This document shows, piece by piece, positions 23,414 to 36,500 of a stretch of 64,000 nucleotides of DNA. The DNA is from Veleropilina oligotropha (lineage: Eukaryota), in the NCBI GenBank assembly GCA_048128005.1, contig JBEUKZ010000060.1, positions 1 to 64,000 on the forward strand. Direction: 5' to 3'. The notes beneath the pieces were generated by a model that was not told where the DNA came from, did not search any database, and saw only the letters and a list, made by a program, of their open reading frames with translations. Numbering within the stretch: the stretch's first letter is position 1; each line of letters starts with the position of its first letter. A program made the translations under genes and the position numbers.

Positions 23414-24284
23414 GCCCGCTCCAAGCTAGGGGAGGCATGCTTCTGGGGTCATTTCTTATATTTTGAGGTGACCAATAAATGTAAAATTTTCGGTATAGAT
23501 TCAGGAGACATATTTCCACCAGAAACGACCATAATATGAAAACATTTTTTTAAAACCATTAAAATCGGAAGCCAGTCAATTGAGCGCACGGTCGACTGAG
23601 CGCGCTCTATTGACCGTTTCATATTTTGTCATCTAAATATATTTCCATATTGATAATAAACACATTAATTACTATATTAACTCCTTTATTGACATGTAAT
23701 TTACTATAATTTTACTATACTAGTATACAAAAACGACACAAAGACAATAATACAAACAGACAAGTATATTGTGAATCCGAGATGATGCGAGATAATATAA
23801 GGAAATAAAACACACAGTCAACAGTACACAATAAAATAGACAAAGAAGCTAAATAATGCGAGTATAACCGAGATGATGCGAGATAATATAAGGAAATAAA
23901 ACACACAGTCAACAGTACACAATATTTATATATTTACACAGTATTTACTTTATATATATATATAAGTATATACAAACAACCAAAGAGGCTTTATTCCTAG
24001 ATCTACTCTATCGGCATCGGTGCCACACGGCAGACGCTTTTCAGTGTTTGTCTGCCGTTGCGTTCTTTGGCGACTAATCGATCCCATGCGGCAAAAAGGG
24101 TCTTTGTATTCTTGGTAGAGCGCTGACGTCGAGTCATCTGTGATTCTCGCAGGAGATGGATCTCTATCTCCGTGATTCTTGATTCTTGTGCAAGCAGGGA
24201 CATCAACAAGTACATGTTGAGATCTCCCCTGCTTGCACGCCCGTTCAGCCGCCGATGCCACACCTCCACGTCGTTGTTTGTTCT

Positions 24285-25994
24285 TTGAATAACTACTTTG
24301 CATCCGTGTATACATTGGAGGATACCGCGAATACAGTATGCCCCCAATAAAAGATATTTTTAAAGACATTGGTAACTTTTGTGAATCGGTTGAAATTACT
24401 CCTGCACGGATTGAAAAAAAGATAGACCTCTTAAAGATAAACAAAGCCCCTGGCCCTGATAGTATATATTCCAAGTTTTTAAAAGTCGGAAAGCATGAAT
24501 TGTTGAAGCCAATAGCAAATATATCCAGCAAATCACTTAGCGAAGGAAGATTGCCAGATGATTGGAAAATTGGTAATATAACTCCTATATTTAAAAAGGG
24601 AAGTCGCTCTAGTGCACAAAATTATCGACCTGTTAGTCTAACATCAATAGTAGGCAAAATGATGGAATCTATTTTAAAGGATGTTATATTAGACCATTTG
24701 AACAAATATAGCTTGTTAAACACCAGTCAGCATGGATTTATGGAGAAACGATCATGTTTAACAAATCTTCTTGAATTCTTAGAGGATGTTACAAATGCAA
24801 TAGATCATGGCAAGCCGGTTGATATTATATATCTTGATTTTCAAAAAGCATTTGATAAGGTTCCACATAAACGACTAATACAAAAATTGAGTAATCATGG
24901 TATTAAAGGACCAATATTGACGTGGATAGAAATGTGGTTACAGAATAGAAAACAGAGAGTTGTTGTAAATGGGGTTAAGTCAAAATGGGAGAGTGTATTA
25001 AGTGGAGTCCCTCAAGGCTCGGTCTTGGGTCCATTGCTATTTCTAATCTACTTGAATGACATTGATGGCGCTATTACATCTCTAGTGAAAAAGTTTGCTG
25101 ACGACACTAAACTTTACAGAATAATAGAAACTGAACAAGATGCAAGGAAACTTCAGACCGATCTAAATAATCTGGTTAAGTGGTCCGATGACTGGCAAAT
25201 GCTTTTCAATACAACCAAATGTAAGGTAATGTATGTGGGTCACAAAAACAAAAAATATTGTTATAAAATGGGAGGAGATGACCTAGAAGTAGTGACAAAA
25301 GAGAAAGATTTGGGTGTATGGATTGATAATTCACTGAAACCATCAAATCAATGTATCGAAGCAGCTAAAAAGGGAAACCAAATATTAGGAATGATAAAGC
25401 GTAATTTTACTTTTAAGTCAAAAGGCATCATAACACGTTTATACAAGCAACTGGTTAGACCACATTTAGAATATGCGGTGCAAGCATGGAATCCATACCT
25501 CTCAAAGGATATCCAACTATTGGAACAAGTACAAAGGAGAGCCACAAAATTGGTAGGTGAAATAAGAGAGTTGACATATGAGGATAGGCTCAGAAGCCTT
25601 GATCTTACAACATTAACGTTGCGTAGGATAAGAGGTGACATGATTCAAGTATTTAAAATGTTTACAGGAAAGGACAATCTTGATATTAGTTATTTTTTCC
25701 AGTTGAACCATAATAAAACAAGGGGGCATAAGTTCAAGATTTACAAAAAGAGGGTCAGGCTAGATGTTAGAAAATACTTTTTCTCAAACCGAGTTGTAGA
25801 TGAGTGGAATGCCCTTCCTGTCAAGGTGGTGGAGTCCACATCAGTAAATCAATTTAAAAATCGTTTGGATGAGCACTTTAAGAGACAGGGAAGGCTATAG
25901 ATGACCGAGCTACCAAAATGGGTTTTTATATGAGTTGCAGAAATGCACTTTCTAAACCCAAACAAATTCTATTTAAGTCTATTTAAGTCTATTT
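24285..25994 (+). mobile_element. 5'-truncated CR1-clade LINE
   Basis: Begins at LNNYFASVYTLED and ends with a (TCTATTTAAG)n tail. Inserted in the last MULE exon. Confidence 0.85.
24338..25900 (+). CDS. LINE ORF2 reverse transcriptase (no endonuclease domain)
   Basis: KAPGPD, NYRPVSLTS, YLDFQKAFDKVPH, GVPQGSVLGPLLF, FADDTKL, LVRPHLEY, FFSNRVVDEWNALP. Confidence 0.92.
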   Translation: MPPIKDIFKDIGNFCESVEITPARIEKKIDLLKINKAPGPDSIYSKFLKVGKHELLKPIANISSKSLSEGRLPDDWKIGNITPIFKKGSRSSAQNYRPVSLTSIVGKMMESILKDVILDHLNKYSLLNTSQHGFMEKRSCLTNLLEFLEDVTNAIDHGKPVDIIYLDFQKAFDKVPHKRLIQKLSNHGIKGPILTWIEMWLQNRKQRVVVNGVKSKWESVLSGVPQGSVLGPLLFLIYLNDIDGAITSLVKKFADDTKLYRIIETEQDARKLQTDLNNLVKWSDDWQMLFNTTKCKVMYVGHKNKKYCYKMGGDDLEVVTKEKDLGVWIDNSLKPSNQCIEAAKKGNQILGMIKRNFTFKSKGIITRLYKQLVRPHLEYAVQAWNPYLSKDIQLLEQVQRRATKLVGEIRELTYEDRLRSLDLTTLTLRRIRGDMIQVFKMFTGKDNLDISYFFQLNHNKTRGHKFKIYKKRVRLDVRKYFFSNRVVDEWNALPVKVVESTSVNQFKNRLDEHFKRQGRL

Positions 25995-26005
25995 ATCGAA
26001 CAATA

Positions 26006-26533
26006 AACAAGCACAGAATGTGTGCAATAACCTGCGTCATAAGCAAAATTTCTACTGTGAAACATGTGTGATACATATAATACAGACCATGTTTCTGTAT
26101 GATTTCATAGAATTCACAAATTGGTTTTCAAGAGTTACGCCCCTTTGACAGACTTAGTTAACTATAATAAAGTTGATTAATTATAATTTAATAAAGTATG
26201 CAAAATCTTAAAATGTTTAACTGTTATACCTCTTTTACTACTGTGAAACATGTGTGATACATATAATACAGACCACGTTTCTGTATGATTTAATATTTAT
26301 TCATCAAAGAGGCTGTCATGGTAATTTGCTATTCTGTTAGGCAGCATCTCTCAATTCATATATCAAGTGGTCATGCACTTTTTTCAAATTGGCTTGTTGT
26401 CGAAGTCGCCTAAAAGGTGGAAGATCTGGTCGAAATCATTTCAAAATTGTCTTCCCCCAAAGAAGAACACCAACAACAAGAACAACAACAACTTACATGT
26501 ACCATTCATTGACCCTGCTAGACGCAGGTAACA
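26006..26533 (-). mobile_element. HINE copy B (uninterrupted)
   Basis: Reverse complement of 16965-17394 joined to 17950-18046. Confidence 0.8.
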
Positions 26534-27263
26534 ACCGACCTGAAAAAACGAGCATATTTTAGTAAATATTATGAATTATAAAAAATAACCAGTGGTTAAA
26601 AATAAAATAAAATAACAATACAGCATGATTTTCCTAGTATACAAAACTAAATCTTCGATATGTTATTTCTATAAACTTACCATGTGGAGGGGGGCCACAG
26701 CGTGCTCTCTACCCATGTTCTTGAAACGTAATCAAGGAGGCTTCGTTGCGCCTCGCTGGCAGCCTCCTCTCTCAGGTCTCGTACCACTCCTTCAATCAAT
26801 TCGGCTGGTAAGTAAGGTAGGGCTAGCACTTGACGAAAGTAGAAATTAGCTGTCGCATCTGTGTTGAAAAACCTCTGGAGGCCGAGCTCCTGCAGCTTCC
26901 TCCAAACTGCCTGCGTCCAATGAAATGCACAGCCACACATCTCTATTCCTGGGAATTCTGTAAGTACAAAAGGTTAATTGATGGGTAACATTGCAGATAT
27001 AAGTTGTGTAAAATTGCATATGTTGACCAATTAGCTCATTACATATTTGCATTTATTTTAAATTTATTTTTCTATGGACTGTAAAAAGTAAATGATGTAT
27101 GCCTGCCTACCTGCTGTAAAAGCTCTCCAAACAGACGACTCAAAATCTCCCACGACGCTGTTCACTTTCCATGGATCGGTTCCAATCGAACTTTCTTCTT
27201 CCAGTAACTCTTTGAGTGACTTGAGAATACACCTGTGAAAAAGCACGAAAATCACAAAGTTTC

Positions 27264-27470
<207 letters not shown>

Positions 27471-30400
27471 CACATTTGTGTAAGTGGATTTCATTCAATG
27501 AAGGGATCCAATGAAATACCGGTACATTATTATGTTAATATAAGTACATTATTATTTAGATACTAGCAGTTATATTTGTAATTGTGACATTATTATAATT
27601 ATCTACGATAAAGAAACTGATTATCTTACTTGTAGTCCTGCTTTCGCTTCCCCGACATGAGGACGTATACCAGTGGTAACTGCTTCATCTTGTTATCAAC
27701 TCGAACGAACGCATGTATACTCCAAAGCTGGGTAAAAGGAAGCTTTACCACCTGCAAAAAGAATGTGAATACTGCATTTTAAACAAGGAAAATTATTAGA
27801 ATAAAGTTTATAGTCTTATATATATAAATAAAAATCTGGACAATTAAGGTAATTTCTTGTCACGTTCATTACACATACAAATAAAAATATTTTTTAAATA
27901 TTATATCCTGTATAATTATCATGTGCTCACCTTGAATGTTCCGTCGACGTACCATCGTCGAGCCTTTCCCAAAATCTCCAGCTGCCGATCTGTATACATC
28001 AAGAGATGTCGTCGCTCGCCCACACGTATATCAATAATGCGCATACTGTCAGGAACATGATCATAGTCGATTTCGAAATTCAAATCCCTTGGATGACGTG
28101 GTCGGTCTGCTTGACGGTGCCGATTTGCAATCCTGCCAAGTTGATTTACTGGCCGTTGATTTGGAACGCGCATTGAGCCTGCAAAACACAAAGTAGATCT
28201 TAAAACAACTGAAAACAAATGTATAAATGCTAGTTGAACTGTTTATAAATATCTAGCAATTAAATTATTGTAATAATAATATAAAATTCCTGCTCATTAT
28301 GAAAACGATTACAATCATGTAATTATATTACCACGAATCGCGTTGTATTCTTACCGGAAACAAGCATCTCCTCGGCTATAGTATAAGCTGATTGAAAAGG
28401 ATTTCGTCGCGCAGCTGCTTTTAAGTCTCTTATCAGCGTCGCCTTCTGGAGGACACTTGCTTCAGCGGCGTGAGTATGCTGATTCGGTCCACGTTCAAAT
28501 AAACTGCCATCTTGTCGTACCCTAGCACGGCATGATCCATTTGAATTTCGGGTACAACGCCAATGAATAATTCCATTATTCCGTCGATCAATACCGTACG
28601 TAAATCTGAAAAGAAAAGCTTGAAATTTAGTGTGTGTCCTGGAAAACAATTTTTATATTGAAAATACGTACACTGTATGTGGGCGTATATTTATTGAAAT
28701 TAGTGGAAGCTCACTGTAATTGAAAGTGAAATTTAATCACAGAACAGGTACGGGACAGGTACGTACCCTGATGATTCCACAAGACACGCAGTTCCTCTCG
28801 ATGTTCCGTTGGTCACAACCTCAAATTGAACAATCCCGTCTTCACTATCTTCTTCTGTCATACTGTCGTCCAACAGCGATGGCTCCTCTACGTCAAGAGG
28901 AATCATGAATGATGGCATTTCCTGTAATATAAAATATACATAATCAAATACTCATATAGTATACAGATTACGATTAACCTATTAAAAATAAAAATGCAGA
29001 TAATTAATGTAATAATGTAACAATAAGCTATATAAAACCAATAAGGTTATGATGGCATATATTATGATACGAATCGTTAGATACACACCTCTTGAACGTC
29101 CTGCTCATCAGCATTAGGTACAGAATCATCTGGATCCTCATTTACCACTTCGGGATGTTGTTCAATGTACGTATCGGCAATGACGAGATCCGTACACTCG
29201 GTACATTTCCACGAAATTTCAATATCACCTGAAGATATACAATAAATGTAAGAATTATTCAGATTGGTACATCTACTGTTTTAAAAATGTCACCGTGCAT
29301 CCTCGCGTATTGTTCTATCGTTCTAACCTTTATACCCATAAACATACAGATTTTGGAAGAAAACTAATGAAACCGCGAAATGACAAGTATATCTGAATGA
29401 ATCCATCTGAATATCCGTCATGTTCATACCAGAACACGTTCATACATTAACAAGGTCGCCGAAGGGATCCTATGAAACTGAACACAAAATGGTATTGCCT
29501 AAAGTTAACGAATCAACTCCTGTAAGACCTAACAGTCGGGATAGTAGCAAATTTGGAGTCTGATTCTACATATAAACTAAGCCGATGACATATGAATAGG
29601 CAATGAAAATTTCACTTACTACGTAAAGCACGTCGATATGTCTGCCGATCTATGCCCGTTCCGCAACATCGATGTTGCCAACGACCGCACGGACCGTCAC
29701 AGAAGAGAGCCTCTTGTCGACGGGTGACTTCCAGATGACACAGTGCACAGTTATTGTCTTCCATGGATTCGTAGATATATTAGGATCGATATATTATATG
29801 CAGTACAAAGGAACAAAGTTGGTTTGAACTAAGGTGGTTTGAACTAATGTGCAAATGCCACCATTATATATATCAGCGCTACCTTACATCTCACCGAAGT
29901 GTCAACACCTACTCCATTCCGTAATCCGATGTGATCCCAGGGCGGCGACATAATCAAATGATCTAATCCGATTAATATAATCAACTGAAGACCGTGATAA
30001 CAGATTACGTTATGATTATTTTGGCCTTTATTCGCCGCCATTCTCTTGGGAGATCAAACGTAACAACTACTAATACTCATATAATAGGAATTACGTATAT
30101 ATGAACAGCAATTTAAGTATGTGGATTTGTCGTGGATAAAATGTATTTATCATGAAGACAGTATTTGAAAATTATTAAATGAAAAAGTCATTGAAACATT
30201 TAAAACAGCTTTATTATACAAAATAATATATCATCTCGCAAATATGATATGCAATTTTACATAATGAATAATAAATTGCATACGGTGCACATATACATTT
30301 ATATTATATACGAATTCGAATTTATATATAGATCTATACATAAGAATACACGAATGCCCATGAATTCAGTGATTGAAAAGGATGAAATGAAATTGTCATT

Positions 30401-32324
30401 AAAACATTAAATCAGAATGTTAATACACAACAAATACATAATATTTCATCTAACATACAAAATGCAATTTCATATAATGTATAGATAATGTATAAATTAC
30501 TAAAATATCTAGCGATATGTTTTTCAAAAGATGCTTCTCCTTACTTAGGGACAGTGGCAGCAATTTCCTGAAATGTAAAATAACATTGCTTTAAATGGTT
30601 ATAATTTTGAAAATGCAAATGCATATCCGAAATGTATAATATGACACTTTTATTTTATATTAACAGTACGCTCTATTGACCGTGCGCTCAATTGACCGCG
30701 TCAATTTTGCCGTTTGACTACGCTCAATCGACCGTGCGCTCTGGTATTCTTAAAATCGTATCAAAAGTGACGGTGCACCTTTAAATAAGCCGACCTACCT
30801 AAAAATGTGTATAGTTCTTAGGCTATGCCTACACAGATTAGAGTCGAAATTCAGACAGAGAAGGCCATATCACAGTGTTTATTAAATATCAAAATCTATA
30901 GTAAATTCAACGCTTTTAAAATTTATGTGATAGATAAAGTACGAAACTACGGATAACCAAGTAATTTATATCGTTGGATTTTTAAAATGAAATATCATAA
31001 ACATGATTTATAGGAATCGTCAGATTATACAGAAAAATGAAATCGAAAAAGATACAAACTCTGCTTTGACAAATTCGAAACTAGCATCAGCTAGAGCATC
31101 ATTAATGAACATCCGGGTAACAAAGGGGGAGGTAATCGAGTTAATCTCAAAGTTTCGCCTTTTTCTACTAACTCAGAAAAGACAGTACAACACTAAGAAG
31201 TTTAAACATAAATCTGATTATAAACTGTTCACAGAACAATATAACCTTAAAGTTGCACAGAGTTACTCAGTTAAAAAATGGTAATTGAATTTTGTTAAAA
31301 TGTTCATGTTCATCAACTTCATAAGTTAGTTTAGTTTAGTTTAAACAATATTTTATTAATAACCCAAAATTGCATAGCATACATATTATTATTATGTAAC
31401 CATAAAACTTCATAAGTTCATAATCATGTTGGGGAGAAGTCACTACTGCGGATTTTTTCGTTTTTTGCAGTCGAGTAACAAAAATCTAGCAAATGTAAGT
31501 ACCTGCTAGTTCCTAATCAGAAAGGCACGTCAAACCGGTCTCATATGTTTATAACTTAGACGTTGGCGGCGACAGTCTGGGATTGTTTGTGATACGGAGC
31601 CCTGATTATTTAATGGGGGGAGAGGGTCACGGGGCTAATGAAAAAAAGACAGGTCGTAGCTAGGGGTGGTTCATGAAAAAATTTCAACAGTATTTGGGAT
31701 GGAGGCTACATGCGTAAATTAATACACTCAAAATGCAGGAGATGAGTTTCACAATGTTGCTTTGTCTAAAATTTCGTCAGCGCGGTATGAAAGGCACATC
31801 AACCTGGTCTTGTATGTTATAGAAGTACGCGGACAGTTGATAATATATTATAAAAATTGTGCCCCTTTTAAAATCCAGGATACACCGTTGGTTGGTGGGT
31901 CGATCATAAAAAGGACGTTGACCAGAAGTGGGTCATGAAAAAATATAACACTCACTGCCCCCTTTGGGGGTAGGTCATCATTTTCTATACTCTCAATTAT
32001 AGACAAATTTCACACAACCCTCCTATTATAATAAATGGCCAAACCCTGTACCTATTATTAAAATAACCGATAAAAGACAACTGAAAGGGCTAATTATGCT
32101 AACTAACAGGAGTACGCGTTAAAATCTCGATAGGAACATGACATTTTTTTTTCGATTAATAATCACAGTTGTCCAAACCAGGTCGAAGTGTGAGGGTTTC
32201 CCTGGGGTTTCCTTCTGCGATATGGACATGTCCTATCTAGTACTTTGAAACTAAAAGTTGTAAATATACAGGATATTAAGCATCAATCCCATTTATGTCT
32301 CTATTAACATCTGTTGGACTGGCA

Positions 32325-32520
32325 TCTGCGGGTGAGTAGTTAGCGCGTCAGACTCTCAACTGAAGCTGTTAGCTGGTCCCGTGTATGATACCAGCTGCTG
32401 TCCGTTCTACCGCTTAAAATAATAGAAGGCATATCCCTAATGTATGTCGGTCAGATCAGAGTGAGACCTTAAACCGAGTGTCCCGACTACGATACAGATG
32501 AATAATTTCTAAAAGTGGTC
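32325..32520 (+). mobile_element. tRNA-derived SINE-like repeat
   Basis: Degenerate tRNA-like head. Shares TTCTACCGCTTAAAATAATAGA.GGCATATCCCTAATGTATGTC.GTCAGATCAGAGTG with ~41033-41200. Confidence 0.5.
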
Positions 32521-33371
32521 GTAAAACAATGTTGCCAACAAACCAGCTTCACTATTAAAATATTGATAAAGATTATTGGGGTTTTAGGGTTTATTATTGC
32601 ACCCGAATTTAAAGCCTGTGTCATTTTTTCATGTGTCATTTTTTCATGACACGTGTATGAAGAAGCAGATGACATGCTATTGTTAGTAGGAGACTTTCAT
32701 GTTTTTGCTTTTTTAGGACCAGTATGTGTTTGATTAAGATAGTTAATTTCTCGTGCATGTCATACTGATGTTCACAAACCCTCTCCATTGACACTAAAAT
32801 AAATTTTCAATAAATGAAATATTATCAATCTTTGACAAAAATTCTAAAAGATATCCAAGAATCAGGCATTTCTTTGTTATTAATTTATTATTTTAACCCT
32901 TATGTTCACTGATTGTTTTAAGTACAATGACTGATGATAATCAAAACGATCTGATTAATGAGCTCTCATGGTTTACCTGGTAACGGTTTGACGCTGTATC
33001 AGTGATGGTTGGATATGGTTCATATAATGAAATATATGAGGCTATGACGAATTCATGGTGAACGCACCGGTGAATGATATTCAGAATTTGTCGTCAGACA
33101 AGTATTAACAGAAGTTGAGCGACATTCAATATTTGGATGGATGATCATGCCAGAATCTTATCAGATACTGTAGGCAAGACCATCTGCTTGGATAGAGCCA
33201 TTAAACCACGGTCATGTGACTTACAAATTTGTTAACTTGAATGACGTTACATGGTCTTAAAACGTGATCAATCAATCCAAGTCTACAATAATAATCACTA
33301 TGTAATATATCACCTTTTCTTTTATTCTTTGCAGATAACGATGAATAAAATCGTTCTCTATTAGTTTTACC

Positions 33372-33536
33372 ATGGTACGTATTATCAGATGGAAAAGAAA
33401 AGTATACGTAATTGTATTTGTTGGAATTTGCATTTCCTTTTGGGCGTTTTATTTTAAAAATAATAATCCAAAATTACGACAAGAAGATCTCAGCAAATAC
33501 TGGCCAGTAAATCATGAGCATTTGAACTTACGTAAG
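33372..33536 (+). CDS. METTL24-like coding exon 1 (signal anchor)
   Basis: MVRIIRWKRKVYVIVFVGICISFWAFYF; donor AAG|GTAAGT. Confidence 0.75.
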
Positions 33537-36500
33537 GTAAGTATAAATTATATAGCTATGTTATCAGATAATATCATGAAGTTACCACTAAAAGGCGATT
33601 TTGTCTCCCACCAATATTATTAACTGCACGAGTGCCTCATGGCAATGAATCAAAAGTTACCTGAAAATGATATTATAAGTTGTCAAGCGACGTCGTGGTA
33701 AACACGGTGCATTGAATACCGAATGAAGTTGAACAATGAGGCGCTAGCTGAGTTGTAATAAGGTAATCAATGCACCGTGTTTATCAAGACGTTTCTCGAT
33801 AACGCATTTATCTTGCTTTGACAATGATAAATTTACTAAACAAATCCTGACTTTGCTCATAACACTGTTGTTATTTATACCGTGATGTATTCAAAATGGC
33901 AGGCAACAAACTTCAGTAACGCATACTCAAGGTTTTCCAAGTGAGAACAGTTTGATTGACAGGCGACGTATGACGTCAGTGTGGTATAAGGATCCATATA
34001 CCACGTGTGCACGGGTTTACGGCAAGTTAGTAAAGTGTATGCAGCCAAAGCAAGATCATCAATAATATAAGTTGTCGGACGACGTCACGGTAGACATGGT
34101 GGATTGAATACCGAATAAAGTTAAACCACTCAGCTTGAGCCGAGTGGTTTAACATTTTGAGGTATTCAATCCAACGTGTTTACCAAGACGTCGTTCGACA
34201 ACGTATTTACCTTGATTTAACTTTATTTCTTACCATGAGGTTTGATTAACAGAGTCCCGATTTGGGTCATACACTTGTTATTTATGATCACAGCAGTCAT
34301 TTGCAAAGCAATCGACGGTTTCAGTAAGGCCGAGTTATTTCCCTTGACGGCCAGTTAGCCAATCAGAACAGAGGATTCGCGGCGAAATCAAGATAATAAA
34401 CCTTATGTACACCATAAGATTGGTTAGTTGAACTTGAACCCTTTCTGTACGTCCATTTTTTACCTCTGCATGGAATTGTACAATCATTTTGTATAAATTA
34501 TGGATTTGAATCTGGAAGCAAACACAGATGTGATGGTGTCATGATTGATTTATTCGGTAATATTGAAATGGCTCTTGAGACTGTATGGTATCTGGTGATA
34601 TCATCATGCTGTATTATTCTCAAGTATCAATCCCTATTTTGCAATATCCCCATCTGAGTGTTGTTGTCTCTTCAATTTGGTGCAGACTAACATTGGTGTT
34701 TGTTTTTATGGATACATGTTTTAGATTGCATTTTCTTTAGATTACACCAAGACCATCTGGAAACTTGATCTACGTGACAAACACAACGCGTATTAGACTT
34801 CATGAGCACCAATCAGATTTGGAAATAGAAGAAGACTTCTTCAGGTATGTATAATTTGGCTGCATGCAGGATGTGGTATAAAAACGAGTAAGGTTTATTT
34901 GTAATTTATGAAGTCTTATGAATTCAATACTGAAAATGATAAAAACGTGATTCAATGAACAAGTTCAACATGTAACCTGTACATGTATTGATAAATAACT
35001 TAGACACAACTGACCTTCATCTTGGTGACAATTATTTCTGGCACATCTGACCTGCATCATATGACAAATAATGTTGTCACGTTGATCATGCGCCGTAGTG
35101 ACAAATATAACATGGCTTTTTGCGCATATGGCAAGTATCATAAGGCCTGCTTGATTTCTTCAATTTTGTCAAGCCGGTTTGCAAACGGCATATTCCGGTC
35201 ACATGACAGAAATTCATAAAATCAAGTGCCCCGGCTTAAACTAACATGGCGTCGGGCCCCAGTCTTCAAAACAGAGATGAGTTATGTCCCCTGCCGAGTC
35301 CATACACAGTGGGGTACACAAGTTTTAGGTCAACGGGTCATTTGTGCTGTTGATCAAGCATTGTTTACCTATCAATGTCAATCTCAAACTTACTTTTTCA
35401 CTTCGCAGTTGATTGTAATTTTTCATAAGTAGTAATCGGTCAATATAATAATATATCTACCAGTCATTTTGCACTATGATCTATGATGGTCTAATTCACC
35501 GAAAACTCCATCTTCACACCTGTGTGCACTATGCGTATTGATAGAAATGTATTGAAATCAATTGGAGCGATATAGTAAACTGTGATGCTTATTAAGTTTA
35601 AAATCCCTTTTCCATTTGCGCGGTTGTCGCGCGGGAGTAGCCGTAGCCACGCGCAAGGTCAACCGTGCAGCCAGGTCGCAAGAATTAATATAACGCAATC
35701 ATATTTACCTTTTCCATTGTCACATTTCCATTCCGTTTTCCATTTGCTCAGGTCCTACCAGGCTGCCGCGCGGCAACCGCTCGAAATTGATATCACGCAA
35801 TCATCTATTACCATTTCCATTGCCGCGGTATACGAGACGCGGCATGTGGAACACTAGCGGCAGAAATCGCTATGGAAGTGATTTTTGCCGCCTGCCACAA
35901 GGGAACCACGTGCATGCTGAACAAGATGATTTGCTCGAAGCATCTTCATCAATCATTATTACTGCAATATGTGGAAGAAGAACTGAATTGCAATGATATG
36001 ATTTTGGCATTGTTGGTGAAGAAACATGCATTATTGCAGTATCGAGTTTGGGTACATAATATCATAAAACGCATGTATATATGTAGAATTTGCACAATAT
36101 CTGAATTGTTTCCAGTCGACTTGGCTGATTACCACCAAATATCATTCTTAACAGATATATACTGTATTTACATTGGTCGCTATTTATCTCACCACAGTTT
36201 GATTGCATTCATACTACTATGAATGCAATAGAGAAAATAGGCTACGCGTAGTAATACCGGACTACTTTGACTCTGTTGGAATTCTACTGTCTGCAATTTT
36301 TTAAATTTTTCAAGGTATGTTTGCTGTTGTCTAAATAAAACAATTTGGCCTACAGTTCTTAACACTATTATAATATGTAAAAAATAATAATATTGAAAGA
36401 TAAAATATCTAACAGTTCTGCTGGTACCAAATAATAAAATGTTGTTGAATATATCATCCATGTAAGCAGTATTTATCAAAATACAAGCGGTAAATCATCA

